This document shows positions 26,392-36,560 of a DNA stretch of 64,000 nucleotides, one piece after another; positions within the stretch are counted from its first letter, which is position 1, and each line of letters starts with the position of its first letter. Where the stretch lies: assembly GCA_963822405.1 (NCBI GenBank), contig CAWGHH010000005.1:39439-103438 (forward strand), in the 5' to 3' direction. Below the pieces are notes generated by a model. That model was not told the DNA's origin. It ran no database searches and worked only from the letters and a program-made list of their open reading frames with translations. This stretch comes from Candidatus Uhrbacteria bacterium (lineage in GTDB: Bacteria > Patescibacteriota > Patescibacteriia > UBA9934). A program made the position numbers and the translations under genes.

Positions 26392-27750
26392 TTAAACCAC
26401 AAGTGGCAACGCATGCATAGTAAATGGTCGACCGCGCACGACATCCTCAATTCGGTATGCCCCGTGGGTCGGCGCGTTGATGTAGCCATTCCAAGCCATG
26501 CGTGCAAAAGCTCCGCCTTCAATCCAATCCCAGAGCCATTCATCGGCGTAACGTGGATCGAGTGCGTCGACCCCGGCACCTACCTGAAATAGCCAGTTTC
26601 GATTGAAATCTTCTTGGCTGCCGACTGTCGGCGACATAAGAATCGGGATACCAAGGCCAGCATAAAAAGACAGCTCGGACGGTTTTGTCCAAAGAATATC
26701 CGTTTCCATCATGAGTTTGTTGAACGTGGAAAAGTATTGATGGCGATCCTTGTTCTCGATGATGGCCACTCGACCATCATGTAACGCTTCTTCAAGCCCC
26801 GCTTTCGCCAACTCCCGACGGAAATACTCGCCAACTTCTGGTCGAATTCCAGCCACCAGATTTACTTGTAGTTTGCCGGCCAAAATACTTTGCGCGAGTG
26901 ACTTAGCGGCAATTGCTCCAATTTCTTTTTGTGCCCCTGCCCCACCAATAGCAAACGTCACAGATACCGCTCGGCTCTTCTTATTAATCACATTCTGGCA
27001 AAACATTGGCCCCATCTGCGCCTCGAGCATGACTGACGCCTGTGACAAGAAAACCGCCTTAGGATCAAGATGACACATTCGCCTAGTCAAATCACTAATC
27101 AGCTGCGGGGCCTCGGCACCACCCACCGCTTCCATCGGCAACGGGAAACCAGTGAGAATGATATTTTCGCTCCGCACTCCGTACAACTGCAATCGTTCAG
27201 CCACTCGACCAGTCGGCGCCAGATATTTGATTCTACTCTTGTATGGATTGAGCGGAGCCCATGGTCTGGCTACGTCAGCATCGCAGCACACAACATAAAT
27301 ATCTTCCGGATAATTGAATTCCTCCGCTGCAAAAGCCGGAGCCATAAATGTTGAAACCAATGGCTTTGGATGCTTGGCGAGTGTATCAACCAAGTGATGA
27401 CACCAGTTTCTTTGGCGAATGAGAGCGTACGTACTTCGCAGCTGCATGGTTGGTTCAGACAAATCTCGACGAGGATAAAATGATTCAATTCGCTGCGTCC
27501 AATCAAGAACGCCAAAAACAGCCTCGCCCAAAACTGGCACTTTCTTAAACCGCGAAATTCGTTCGTACCAACGTCTACTAGTAGCCCACAAGTTTCTGTC
27601 ATTGTCTGGAATCCCCGGGTAATCATTTGCAATGATAACTTTCTTATCAACAGCAAAAGGTTTAAGGCTGGACGCCGCCCGCTCATGTCCATAACCCATG
27701 CTCACGGCCACCACATGCGCCGCGCCTTCTCCCCCATGAAGCTCCTTCAT
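26392..27750 (-). CDS. GT-B glycosyltransferase, MGDG-synthase/MurG-like (GT28 family), putative
   Basis: N-terminal VVAVSMGYGHERAASSL (G-x-G-H motif of the MGDG_synth/MurG N-domain). C-terminal FAIGGAGAQ...ILWTKPSELSFYAGLGIPILMSP resembles the GT28 C-domain. Start taken at MKELHGG. Confidence 0.5.
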   Translation of the reverse strand: MKELHGGEGAAHVVAVSMGYGHERAASSLKPFAVDKKVIIANDYPGIPDNDRNLWATSRRWYERISRFKKVPVLGEAVFGVLDWTQRIESFYPRRDLSEPTMQLRSTYALIRQRNWCHHLVDTLAKHPKPLVSTFMAPAFAAEEFNYPEDIYVVCCDADVARPWAPLNPYKSRIKYLAPTGRVAERLQLYGVRSENIILTGFPLPMEAVGGAEAPQLISDLTRRMCHLDPKAVFLSQASVMLEAQMGPMFCQNVINKKSRAVSVTFAIGGAGAQKEIGAIAAKSLAQSILAGKLQVNLVAGIRPEVGEYFRRELAKAGLEEALHDGRVAIIENKDRHQYFSTFNKLMMETDILWTKPSELSFYAGLGIPILMSPTVGSQEDFNRNWLFQVGAGVDALDPRYADEWLWDWIEGGAFARMAWNGYINAPTHGAYRIEDVVRGRPFTMHALPLVV

Positions 27751-27836
27751 ATTAGGGAAGTATAACAAAGGTGCGTTACGGTTTGACGGGAATCCCCCAG
27801 TCAAGTACACTCTCACAGTCTTAATTTTCGTTTTGT

Positions 27837-28067
27837 ATGGCCAAAGTCTGCGCAATAACAGGCAAGCTGCGACTGACGGGCAATAACGTCAGCCACTCCA
27901 ACGTGAAGACGAAGCGTCGCCAGATGCCAAACTTACAGCCAAGAACGGTTGTAAACCCAGCTACTGGCAAAGCCCACCGGATTACAGTATCCGGCCGTGG
28001 CCTCCGCACGCTCCGCAAGTGGATGAAGGAAGGAAAAGTTTTCGACCTTCGTAAGCTAGCCTCATAA
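27837..28067 (+). CDS. rpmB: 50S ribosomal protein L28
   Basis: MAKVCAITGKLRLTGNNVSHSNVKTKRRQMPNLQ matches bL28 ([25 protein letters not shown].PNL). Confidence 0.85.
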   Translation: MAKVCAITGKLRLTGNNVSHSNVKTKRRQMPNLQPRTVVNPATGKAHRITVSGRGLRTLRKWMKEGKVFDLRKLAS

Positions 28068-28071
28068 AGAA

Positions 28072-28106
28072 AATGCCCCTAACTCGTAAGAGCGGGGCAT
28101 TTTTCT
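28072..28106 (+). terminator. rho-independent terminator (bidirectional position)
   Basis: atgcccc-(13 nt)-ggggcat followed by TTTTTCT. Confidence 0.6.
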
Positions 28107-28116
28107 ATCTGATATT

Positions 28117-29331
28117 TTATTGTGGCGCAAGTTCTGGATGGTTCTTCAAAAACGAATCGAGCAACCGCGCGCCTTTATCCTTCCAAACTGTTAGACCGTA
28201 ATAATCTTTTTCTAAAATGTAATCAGCAATTGCCTGCTCGGCGGCTTGGGGGTTTGACCCAACAATTTGCAAGACGTACTTATCAAGATAGCGGAACTCT
28301 AGCTCTTCACGATCATCTTCATTTTCAACCTGCTGCCAGACCTGCGCATCATAAACACGCTTCACTACGTCAGCCTTAGACAATCCAGCTCTAAGATAAG
28401 TTACTAGTTCTAGCTGTATGTCATCAATGGATCTAAGCGAAAGATCATCAGAAGAAACCTTGCCCTTAAGAAAATCAATCAACGCCCCTACCTGCTGATC
28501 TGCCGTACCTGGGTCAAAATGCATTTCTTTCACAGCGTATTCCGGCTTCATGACTAGCCCAATATCATTCGCTCTGTGGCCAATATCTGACGCATAGTAC
28601 GCATCATAAAGCGCCTTAGCCGTGCTGAAGTCCATATCCGTGTGAATGAACTTAAACATCATGTACAAAAAAGGCGTAGGAATTCTGTCCCCGCTAGTCA
28701 GTTTAAGCAGAACATCTTTCATGAACGTTCCTTGGTTGGCACTTCTCTGTGGATCACCAATTTGGTAGCTTCGGCGGTGACGTAGGAATTCGAGAGTATC
28801 TGTAGTTGGCAAATTCAAAGCTCTGAAAATTCCAATTGCTTCAGAAAATCCAACTGTGGCCACATAGTCAGCTTTTACACCGGCTACTTTTTCAATCTGC
28901 TTCACGCCGTAATCCAGCCCGCCGAAATAACAAGCGTTTGCCAAATAGTAATCAGTAGTCAAATAAGTGTGACCAGCAATCGACGGCAATGACGAGGTAG
29001 TACCACGTGGCACAGAAATGATACTCATGGTCCAAGTCTTCACGTTCAGACTCACCATGTGAATAGCGTCGCAGTGGGCATAGGCGCCTTCTTTGCGAGA
29101 ATCAATGCCTAAAGTCAAAATGTTGATTGTGTCCTTATCGCCAAAAGAAGCGTCCCCAGTCTGAAGAATTTCCGCCTCTCGGCTCTTTAAAACCGCCGAA
29201 ACCGCATCCTTAACCGCCGGCTCAGCCGCGGCCAAATCATGTGGTGCAGAGGGCTGATTTACGAACGCGCCAAACAAAACCATGGTAGCCACCACAAAGC
29301 TCGTCGGGACAATATAGGCCAGCTTGCGCAT
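28117..29331 (-). CDS. LytR-CpsA-Psr (LCP) family cell-wall polymer transferase
   Basis: N-terminal TM anchor, then INILTLGIDSRKEG...HCDAIHMVSLN (LCP catalytic region). Start at MRKLAYIV. Confidence 0.7.
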   Translation of the reverse strand: MRKLAYIVPTSFVVATMVLFGAFVNQPSAPHDLAAAEPAVKDAVSAVLKSREAEILQTGDASFGDKDTINILTLGIDSRKEGAYAHCDAIHMVSLNVKTWTMSIISVPRGTTSSLPSIAGHTYLTTDYYLANACYFGGLDYGVKQIEKVAGVKADYVATVGFSEAIGIFRALNLPTTDTLEFLRHRRSYQIGDPQRSANQGTFMKDVLLKLTSGDRIPTPFLYMMFKFIHTDMDFSTAKALYDAYYASDIGHRANDIGLVMKPEYAVKEMHFDPGTADQQVGALIDFLKGKVSSDDLSLRSIDDIQLELVTYLRAGLSKADVVKRVYDAQVWQQVENEDDREELEFRYLDKYVLQIVGSNPQAAEQAIADYILEKDYYGLTVWKDKGARLLDSFLKNHPELAPQ

Positions 29332-29409
29332 ATCTGTATCCCTCTTATCAAAAAACCCCGACTGTTGTCGAGGATTTTTGATCCACACTTGTGGAGAACG
29401 GCGTGAAAA

Positions 29410-29691
29410 TTAGAGAAGAGCTTCCTTAGCAGCCTTGCTAACTCCGAACTTTAGAACAGTCTTAGCTGGGATCTTAATGGTCTCGCCAGTGGCTGGGTTA
29501 CGGCCCATGCGTGCTGGACGGTTCTTCTTAACGAGCTTTCCAAGACCTGGCATTACGAATTCGCCAGAACGCTTGATCTCGCCGAATACAACGGCCATGA
29601 ACTTGTCATACATGTCTGAAGCATCCTTCTTGGAAACGCCCCATGTCTCTGAAAGTGCAGTCATGATCTGTGCCTTTGTGAGTCGTGCCAT
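29410..29691 (-). CDS. hup: HU family DNA-binding protein
   Basis: MARLTKAQIMTALSE...GEFVMPGLGKLVKKNRPARMGRNPATGETIKIPAKTVLKF (93 aa). Confidence 0.9.
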   Translation of the reverse strand: MARLTKAQIMTALSETWGVSKKDASDMYDKFMAVVFGEIKRSGEFVMPGLGKLVKKNRPARMGRNPATGETIKIPAKTVLKFGVSKAAKEALL

Positions 29692-29774
29692 ATGAGAATT
29701 CTTTAATTCATTAACCTTTTACGGTGGCAAGCGTAGCACAGGCCTTAAAATGCTGGGAAAATCTATCCACAGCA

Positions 29775-31016
29775 CTAATTCGCGCTCTTTCTCTCCTCTA
29801 AAGTTACGGTTATTGTTTTTTCTTTTCCGTCATGCATAATTTTCAACGTCAACTTGTCCCCCACGCTATGTGACGCGATGATATTTTCAAGTGGCACCTT
29901 GTCCGTCACCTTCTCGCCGTTCACTTCTAGAATAATATCGTTCTCTTCTATTCCCGCCTTATCTGCTGGCGAGCCGGGCACAACCGCCAGGTCACCAATC
30001 TTCGCTCCGCGAATAACTAGCACCCCGTAATCAACCGTTAGATCATTCGCATTTTTTACTTCGTCGTTAATCGGAATATATCGCACACCAATATACGGTC
30101 GAATAACCCGCCCATTTGTTTTTATCGAGTCAACCGTCTTCTTGACCGCGTTCGCCGGTAAAGCAAAACCGATACTCTGTGCACTCCCGGCACTCGCCGC
30201 CACGTTCACGCCGATCACATTTCCCATGAGGTCGAGCAACGGTTCGCCCGAGTTCCCTGGATTAATCGCCGCGTCCGTTTGGATTACATTCGGCAAAGTT
30301 TCTGAATTACCATAATTAGTCGAGGCTGAAACTGACCGCGCCAAACCGGACACCACGCCGGTCGAAACCGTATTGCGATACTCGCCAAGAGCATTACCAA
30401 TAGCGATTACCGACTGACCAACCTTAAGCGAATCAGAGTCGCCAAATGAAAGATACGGCAAGCCCTTTGCCTCAACCTTTAGTAGCGCAATATCCATAAC
30501 CGTATCTGCTGCAATCACCTTGGCGTCATATTTTGTACCGTCCGTTAAAAACACTGTGTACTGCGCAGTGTCGTCCGCCACTACGTGAGCATTCGTCACC
30601 AAGTAGCCATCATCACTTACAAAGAACCCACTACCGCCACCAACCTCCCGAGTCTTCGTCTGCCCACTTTGTCGATATTGCGGAATTTGAAAACCTCCCA
30701 TGCCATTCCCAAACGGATCGTAATTCTGCATGTACTGCTCCATGACCGGCACATCTTTACTGATAACGATCGCGACCACAGCTGGATTTACTTTCTCAAC
30801 TACACTCACCACGTTATCTGACTTCCCTGTTGAATCCATCAGAACTACAGGTGTCGACGAAGCAGAAACGGACTGGATATGCAGGTTCTGAGAAACCCAA
30901 CCAGACAAATCTGTATGCTGAATCACGGTCACTAAACCAAAAATCAACAAACCGTTTGCAACACATGCGCCCAAGAACCCAAACAGGAACGATTTTTTTA
31001 ATGTTTCGTTGTCCAT
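29775..31016 (-). CDS. HtrA/DegP-family trypsin-like serine protease with PDZ domain
   Basis: Catalytic His (GSGFFVSDDGYLVTNAHVV), Asp (DIALLKV) and Ser (GNSGEPLLD) motifs. C-terminal PDZ. N-terminal TM anchor. Confidence 0.85.
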   Translation of the reverse strand: MDNETLKKSFLFGFLGACVANGLLIFGLVTVIQHTDLSGWVSQNLHIQSVSASSTPVVLMDSTGKSDNVVSVVEKVNPAVVAIVISKDVPVMEQYMQNYDPFGNGMGGFQIPQYRQSGQTKTREVGGGSGFFVSDDGYLVTNAHVVADDTAQYTVFLTDGTKYDAKVIAADTVMDIALLKVEAKGLPYLSFGDSDSLKVGQSVIAIGNALGEYRNTVSTGVVSGLARSVSASTNYGNSETLPNVIQTDAAINPGNSGEPLLDLMGNVIGVNVAASAGSAQSIGFALPANAVKKTVDSIKTNGRVIRPYIGVRYIPINDEVKNANDLTVDYGVLVIRGAKIGDLAVVPGSPADKAGIEENDIILEVNGEKVTDKVPLENIIASHSVGDKLTLKIMHDGKEKTITVTLEERKSAN

Positions 31017-31075
31017 AGTGTCTAAATTATTTCCCTATCCTATATTACTCGTCAACTGCTATAATTCTTTCATCT

Positions 31076-31957
31076 ATGAATATCAGCATAATTGGCTACG
31101 GAGAAATTGGTAAAGCTCTTCAAGCAGTACTCAAAGATAAGAAGGGCGTAAACGTAAAAGTCTGGGATAAAAATGCTAATAAAGTTCCAGATCAAGGAAC
31201 AATGCATGATCTACTGGCAACATGTGAGCTAGTCTTTCTCTGTGTGCCATCATGGACGCTTCATGGCGCACTCCTGGAAATTCATCCACATTTAGTCGAG
31301 GGCACCGGCATCATCACCCTCGCCAAAGGCATCGAGCAGGAGACTTGCAAAACCTCTGACAATTTACTTAGCGATCTTTTAGTTGGTCACCCAGTTGGCA
31401 TTCTTGGCGAACCAATGATTGCCGATGAACTATTTGCTGGAAAACCAACGGCTGGAATTCTTGGCAGTACAGATGCTGACTTACGGAAAAAAGTCCGCGC
31501 CTTATTTAGAAAAACTAACCTAGAAATACGAACCAGTGCAGACGCCAGAGGAGTGGCGCTTTGCGGTGTGCTCAAAAACACTTATACCCTTGCTCTCGGC
31601 ATTGCTGACGGTCTAGCTCTCGGCGATAACGCCAAAGGCTGTCTTCTGACTCGTTCGATTAGAGAAATGCGCATTATAATCAAAGAACTTGGTGGCAAAC
31701 AAAGCACCATTCTCTCGGAAGCAGGTATTGGCGATCTATTCGCCACTGGCCAAAGCCCACATTCCCGCAACCACGGCGTGGGCGTTGCCCTTGGTTCCGG
31801 CGCCAAACTAGACGGCATGCAAAGCGAAGGCGTTATGAGCATGTTCTGCCTAAAGAAGCTACTCGAGCCTAAACTTGCAGAACTCCCCCTCCTGTCATAC
31901 CTTTACGAGGTAGTCCAAAATAACCGAAAACCCGAGGACATCTCGAGTCTTCTCTAA
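31076..31957 (+). CDS. gpsA: NAD(P)H-dependent glycerol-3-phosphate dehydrogenase
   Basis: ISIIGYGEIGKAL Rossmann motif; AKGIE, GVLKNTYTLALGIADGLALGDNAKG, SPHSRNHGVGVALG. Confidence 0.8.
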   Translation: MNISIIGYGEIGKALQAVLKDKKGVNVKVWDKNANKVPDQGTMHDLLATCELVFLCVPSWTLHGALLEIHPHLVEGTGIITLAKGIEQETCKTSDNLLSDLLVGHPVGILGEPMIADELFAGKPTAGILGSTDADLRKKVRALFRKTNLEIRTSADARGVALCGVLKNTYTLALGIADGLALGDNAKGCLLTRSIREMRIIIKELGGKQSTILSEAGIGDLFATGQSPHSRNHGVGVALGSGAKLDGMQSEGVMSMFCLKKLLEPKLAELPLLSYLYEVVQNNRKPEDISSLL

Positions 31958-31960
31958 CGT

Positions 31961-32707
31961 ATGCTCGAACTTTATTTCCCGATAATAGTCTTTCTCGGCA
32001 TCGTGTTTCTCTCGACTCTTAAGCAGGTCAACCAGTACGAACGTGGTATCCGCTTCACCATGGGCAAATATTCAAGCATGGCGGAACCTGGTTGGCGCGT
32101 GGTCATCCCAGTGTTTCAGTTCATGCGTAAGGTCGATCTTCGTCTAAAAGCGGTCGACGTTCCTTCACAGGAAGCTATTACTAAAGATAACGTCTCCGCA
32201 AAAATCAATGCGGTTATTTATTACAAAATTGTTGATCCAGCTAAAGCCATTATCGAGGTTGAAAATATCAACTACGCCGTTCTTCAGTTAGCGCAGACAA
32301 CCATGCGTAATGTAGTTGGCGAAGCCACCCTCGACGAACTCCTCTCTCAGCGCGCGATCATCTCCGAGAAGATCGAAAAGCAAGTTGACGTTACTACTCT
32401 TCCTTGGGGTGTCGAGGTTACATCCGTCGAACTCAAGGACATTAACTTGCCTCCCGACATGGTCCGCACTATCGGCAAGCAAGCCGAAGCCGAACGCGAA
32501 CGCCGCGCCGTCATCATTAACGCTGAAGGCGAACTAGCCGCCGCCACTAATCTCTCCGCCGCCGCTAAGCTACTCGCCGAAACCCCAGGCGCTCTACATC
32601 TCCGAACGCTCAACGCCATCAACGACATCAGCTCCGACGCATCAAACACGGTTGTGTTCACGGTACCGCTTGAAATTCTCTCGGCGATCGCCGGGTTTAA
32701 GAAATAA
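31961..32707 (+). CDS. SPFH/band-7 (stomatin-like) membrane protein
   Basis: N-terminal TM helix, then QYERGIRFTMGKY...AVDVPSQEAITKDNVSAKINAVIYYKIVDPAKAI...MRNVVGEATLDELLSQR. Confidence 0.8.
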   Translation: MLELYFPIIVFLGIVFLSTLKQVNQYERGIRFTMGKYSSMAEPGWRVVIPVFQFMRKVDLRLKAVDVPSQEAITKDNVSAKINAVIYYKIVDPAKAIIEVENINYAVLQLAQTTMRNVVGEATLDELLSQRAIISEKIEKQVDVTTLPWGVEVTSVELKDINLPPDMVRTIGKQAEAERERRAVIINAEGELAAATNLSAAAKLLAETPGALHLRTLNAINDISSDASNTVVFTVPLEILSAIAGFKK

Positions 32708-32708
32708 T

Positions 32709-33029
32709 ATGGAGAACACCCACGATCACCGCGCTGAAAACCAAGAAAAATTTAGAGTATTTCTTGAACGATATCCTGTAGTTATTCCTCCCGAGATTGT
32801 CGGACATATTCTCGATCTCCAAAAACGAGCAGACGCCACTCCCACATCCAAAGAACTAGAACCGATCACCGAGGAGATGCAACACAACAATACCGGCAAG
32901 TATGAGCGCCTCTATCAACTCAGAAACACTCCCGACAGCTCAACAGATGAAATCAAAAAACTCGAAGAACAACTCTCCGACTGCTTCTGCGGTAGCGGCA
33001 AAAAGTTTAGTGAGTGTCATGGGGTGTAA
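32709..33029 (+). CDS. stand-alone SEC-C motif protein (YecA-like)
   Basis: C-terminal CFCGSGKKFSECHG is the SEC-C metal-binding motif (C-x-C-x8-C-H). Confidence 0.6.
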   Translation: MENTHDHRAENQEKFRVFLERYPVVIPPEIVGHILDLQKRADATPTSKELEPITEEMQHNNTGKYERLYQLRNTPDSSTDEIKKLEEQLSDCFCGSGKKFSECHGV

Positions 33030-33047
33030 CGATGGTCAACCCGCTCC

Positions 33048-33101
33048 CAGTCCCTGAGCGTAGGCGGCTTGCCCGGCTATGCCGGGAAGGGCCTAGAGGT
33101 G
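33048..33101 (-). repeat. hairpin repeat family, copy A (inverted, with a 22-nt hairpin insertion)
   Basis: agtccctgagcgtaggcg-[gcttgcccggctatgccgggaag]-ggcctagaggtgg; reverse complement aligns with copies B and C. Confidence 0.55.
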
Positions 33102-33152
33102 GTGCGCTCGATCACATTAGTTGACCGTTGAAATACGAACTTTCATAAATCT

Positions 33153-33533
33153 ATGCGCACCCCCTATATCACCATCGCCGGCATGGCACCGGATACCAGA
33201 GACACGTTCCGGGCAATGCTCAAAGATCCGGAGAAAAAAGAACAGCTCGAAAGGCACTTTGAAGAAAAACTTCGCCCAGCTATTAAAAAACTTGCTGGCG
33301 AAGAAATGGTTGATTATGAATCATGGATGGTTTTCGATGTTATACCTGGAGAAAAATTTCTTGAGCTCTTGAATCCAGACGAGTCGCTCCCATTCTCTGC
33401 ACGAATTCCAGACTACTATATATTTGAAGGTTGGCTGGATTCTGATGGCACCATAAAAGACACGGATACATTCGAAGATGAGCTCGAAAAACTCAAGAAC
33501 ACATTGATCATATATTTCAATATTGATTTCTAG
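33153..33533 (+). CDS. hypothetical protein (126 aa) bracketed by inverted copies of the hairpin repeat
   Basis: ORF with no recognisable domain, flanked by repeat copy A (33048-33101) and copy B (33543-33578). Confidence 0.4.
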   Translation: MRTPYITIAGMAPDTRDTFRAMLKDPEKKEQLERHFEEKLRPAIKKLAGEEMVDYESWMVFDVIPGEKFLELLNPDESLPFSARIPDYYIFEGWLDSDGTIKDTDTFEDELEKLKNTLIIYFNIDF

Positions 33534-33542
33534 ACCCAATAA

Positions 33543-33578
33543 CCCACCTCTAGGCCCCTCGCCTACGCTCGGGGACTA
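33543..33578 (+). repeat. hairpin repeat family, copy B
   Basis: cccacctctaGGCCCCtcgcctacgctcGGGGACt. Same loop as copy C with a compensating stem. Confidence 0.6.
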
Positions 33579-33584
33579 AATGCG

Positions 33585-35378
33585 TCATTGGCCAATCGCA
33601 CGTTCAATCTCCTCATCAATCTCTTTGAGCCTGGTTGCTTTAGCCGGTGCGTAGTCAGTCGGGTTCTCGAAAAAATATGCAAGAATCTCGCTGCGTTCTT
33701 TTTCTAGGCCAGCGAGTTTTTGTTTTTGCTTATCCTGACGTTTGCGTTCTTCTTTCTGCAACGCATTCACCGCAACACGATCAGCCTTGCTCCGGGTGGT
33801 GACTTCCCCCTCTTTCCAAGAGGGGGCTACGGGGGAGTCGGTGGTCAGGGTGGTCGCCTCCGCCAGGTCGTCGACATACTCCTCATACGTCCCAATGTAG
33901 TGGCGAAGTGTCCCTCCCCGAATTTCATAAATCTGGTCCGCAAGCGCGTTCACGAACGTGCGGGCATGTGACACAAAAATAACCGTCCCGCCGTATTCTT
34001 TGAGCGCGAGGGCGAGAGCTTCGGCGGTCTCAACATCGAGGTGGTTCGTAGGCTCGTCGAGAATGAGTACGTTATGTTCGCGCAAAAGAATCCCCGCTAG
34101 ACATAGTCGCGCCCGCTCTCCCCCAGACAAAACGCTACAAGTTTTCTCAAGGTCGTCATTGCGGAACAAAAAGTTCCCCGCCATCATTAAAATTCTCTCG
34201 CCCGAACTCATCACCGGTGCCATTTTCGTCAGGTACGCGAGGAGTGTCTCTTGAGGAATTAACGACGCATCCGTCTTCTGATCGTAGTAACCAATATCTG
34301 CTTTGTGCCACCATTTATACGATCCAGCTAGTGGTTCAAGCTTTCCGGCGAGCGTTTTCAAGAGCGTCGACTTTCCTTTTCCGTTCTCCCCCGCAATCAC
34401 AATCTTTTCGCCCCGCTTGAGTTCGAAGGTAATGTCACTCGCGATTACTTTCTCACCGTAACCAATTGTCATTTTCTCAGCTCGAACAGCAGTTCCCGGC
34501 ACAAAGTGCGGAGTGGGAATGACAATTTTTGAAGTCGAAAGTGCCCCATGAACGGCTGCAATTTGATGCCTGAGTTTCGCAATGTGTTTGATCTTACTTT
34601 GCGCGCGTGACGCCTGGCTCGCCTTATAACGAAACCGGTCGACGAAGTCTTGGTGATGGGCAATCTCGCGCTTAAGTCGCTTATTCGTTCGCAACTGAAA
34701 TTCTTTCTGCTCTTCCTTCCACGCAAAATATTCTTCGACGGCTCCAGGATAAGTCGTCAACTCAGCCCGCTCGATTTCAAAAGTGTCTGTGCAAGTATTC
34801 TGCAAAAACTCTCGATCATGCGCGGTCACAATAAAACTCCCCTCGTACTCGGCCAAGAATCTTTCGAGGAGCAACAACGTCGAAAGGTCGAGATAGTTCA
34901 CCGGTTCGTCGAGCAACAACAAGTTCGGCTCGGCGAGCAACATCGCGACGATCTTCACGCGCATCTGATAACCTCCCGATAATTCCGCCGGTGATTTCCC
35001 TAGTTCGTCGAGCCCTAAGCCAAACTTCGCAGCCAGCTTTCGAGTCTCCCACTGAGGCCGCCCGCTCTTCTGTTCGAGATACTCTTCCGTCGACACATCC
35101 GCCGGCAACACTTCATGCTGGTGAACGATCCCGATTCTCGTCCACGGCAAAATCACAACCTCGCCCTTATCCGATTCTTCTTTTCCTATCAGGATATTCA
35201 GTAGCGTGGACTTCCCCGCTCCGTTTCTCCCGATAAGTGCAATCTTCTGCCCCTCAGACACCACAAAAGACAGATCGTCGAGCACAACCTGCTTGCCGTA
35301 TGTCTTGTGTAAACTTTTAACTTCTAGGAGAGGGCGGATCATGGACGAAAGCCTATCAGACATTCTCATCAAGCTCAA
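33585..35378 (-). CDS. ABC-F family ATPase (tandem ABC domains, no TMD; EttA/Uup-like translation factor)
   Basis: Two Walker A sites (GRNGAGKSTLLN; GENGKGKSTLLK), two LSGG signature motifs, an inter-domain linker, and a C-terminal charged coiled-coil tail. Start ambiguous (35342-35378). Confidence 0.8.
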   Translation of the reverse strand: MSLMRMSDRLSSMIRPLLEVKSLHKTYGKQVVLDDLSFVVSEGQKIALIGRNGAGKSTLLNILIGKEESDKGEVVILPWTRIGIVHQHEVLPADVSTEEYLEQKSGRPQWETRKLAAKFGLGLDELGKSPAELSGGYQMRVKIVAMLLAEPNLLLLDEPVNYLDLSTLLLLERFLAEYEGSFIVTAHDREFLQNTCTDTFEIERAELTTYPGAVEEYFAWKEEQKEFQLRTNKRLKREIAHHQDFVDRFRYKASQASRAQSKIKHIAKLRHQIAAVHGALSTSKIVIPTPHFVPGTAVRAEKMTIGYGEKVIASDITFELKRGEKIVIAGENGKGKSTLLKTLAGKLEPLAGSYKWWHKADIGYYDQKTDASLIPQETLLAYLTKMAPVMSSGERILMMAGNFLFRNDDLEKTCSVLSGGERARLCLAGILLREHNVLILDEPTNHLDVETAEALALALKEYGGTVIFVSHARTFVNALADQIYEIRGGTLRHYIGTYEEYVDDLAEATTLTTDSPVAPSWKEGEVTTRSKADRVAVNALQKEERKRQDKQKQKLAGLEKERSEILAYFFENPTDYAPAKATRLKEIDEEIERAIGQ

Positions 35379-35523
35379 TCAAAATAGCCCGCAGGTCACC
35401 TCGGATTTCTTTTCCCTGAGCAATTTCATCCTCTGATAACAGAACATCTGCTAATATTTTTTCATCCATAATTACTATATATCTAGTTCACCAACTCAAA
35501 TGATACCCCGCCAAATACCATAA

Positions 35524-36456
35524 TCAAATTTTCGGATTTCGAAAGCAAAAGTTCTTTAATGTTAGCGACAGCTCATACGCATCGGCATGGCTACACAATC
35601 CCAGATACGACGACTCGCTTCGTTCGCTAACACGAGCGAGAGCTCGCTTTGCGGTTTCAGACCTCAAAATAGTCGCATGTGGCAAAAGGACATACCCAAG
35701 AAAATCTATTCCCTGTTTCCAAGTTCTGACACTAACTTTATTGGGATGTAGTTCAAGTTTCAACGTCTCGGCCAAGAAATACTCTAGTTTCATGGCGAGC
35801 TTCCACGCCTCTTCTCTCGATTCTGTCACAATCACAAAGTCATCACAATACCGGACATAATAATGAATCCCAAGCCGTTGCTTCACATACCAATCGAGCT
35901 CGTGCAAGTACACATTTGCAAAAAGTTGACTGGTCAAATTACCGAGAGGTATACCAACTCCAGAATACGACGAAAATGTACGAACAATGTGCTCAACTAA
36001 TAGCGTTATTTGATCACCACCAATTTTATCGCGCAACAGCCGAAGCAGAATTTCATGATTTATGGTCGCGAAAAACTTTCTCACATCACATTTCAAAACA
36101 TAAACAGTCTTCGTGTTATTCGAGCTAGCTGACCTAAGGAAGTCACGAAATCTCGCAACTCCAGCGTGCGTCCCTTTATCTATTCGGCAAGAATAACTAT
36201 CATAAATAAATCGCTTCTCAAAAAGTGGTTCGATGATATTCACGAGCGCCTGATGAACAACTCGGTCGCGAACTTGCGCCTTATGAATTGTCCGCTGCTT
36301 TGGATCATAAATGGTAAACTGTTCATACGGTCCGTGTCGATATGTTCCTGCGTGTAAATCATGTTGAAGTTCAGAAATATTTTGCTTGAGATTCTTTGTG
36401 AAAACTGTTACGTCTTCTTTTGATGTTTTTCCACGTTTAAACAGTTCCCACGCCAT
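35524..36456 (-). CDS. diversity-generating retroelement (DGR) reverse transcriptase
   Basis: 310 aa. GTYRHGPYEQFTIYDPKQRTIHKAQVRDRVVHQAL (RT motifs 1/2), KCDVRKFFATINH (motif A), GIPLGNLTSQLFANVYL (SQ-containing motif 4 diagnostic of DGR RTs), and YVRYCDDFVIV (YxDD). Confidence 0.85.
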   Translation of the reverse strand: MAWELFKRGKTSKEDVTVFTKNLKQNISELQHDLHAGTYRHGPYEQFTIYDPKQRTIHKAQVRDRVVHQALVNIIEPLFEKRFIYDSYSCRIDKGTHAGVARFRDFLRSASSNNTKTVYVLKCDVRKFFATINHEILLRLLRDKIGGDQITLLVEHIVRTFSSYSGVGIPLGNLTSQLFANVYLHELDWYVKQRLGIHYYVRYCDDFVIVTESREEAWKLAMKLEYFLAETLKLELHPNKVSVRTWKQGIDFLGYVLLPHATILRSETAKRALARVSERSESSYLGLCSHADAYELSLTLKNFCFRNPKI

Positions 36457-36560
36457 TATTAAATTATTTGTCTGCCAAATATGCCAGAAGAGACTTTTAA
36501 AGCCCCCCCCACGCCGTCACCCCTAATCACCCGATCAGGAAATTTAAACCCGAGCTCAAG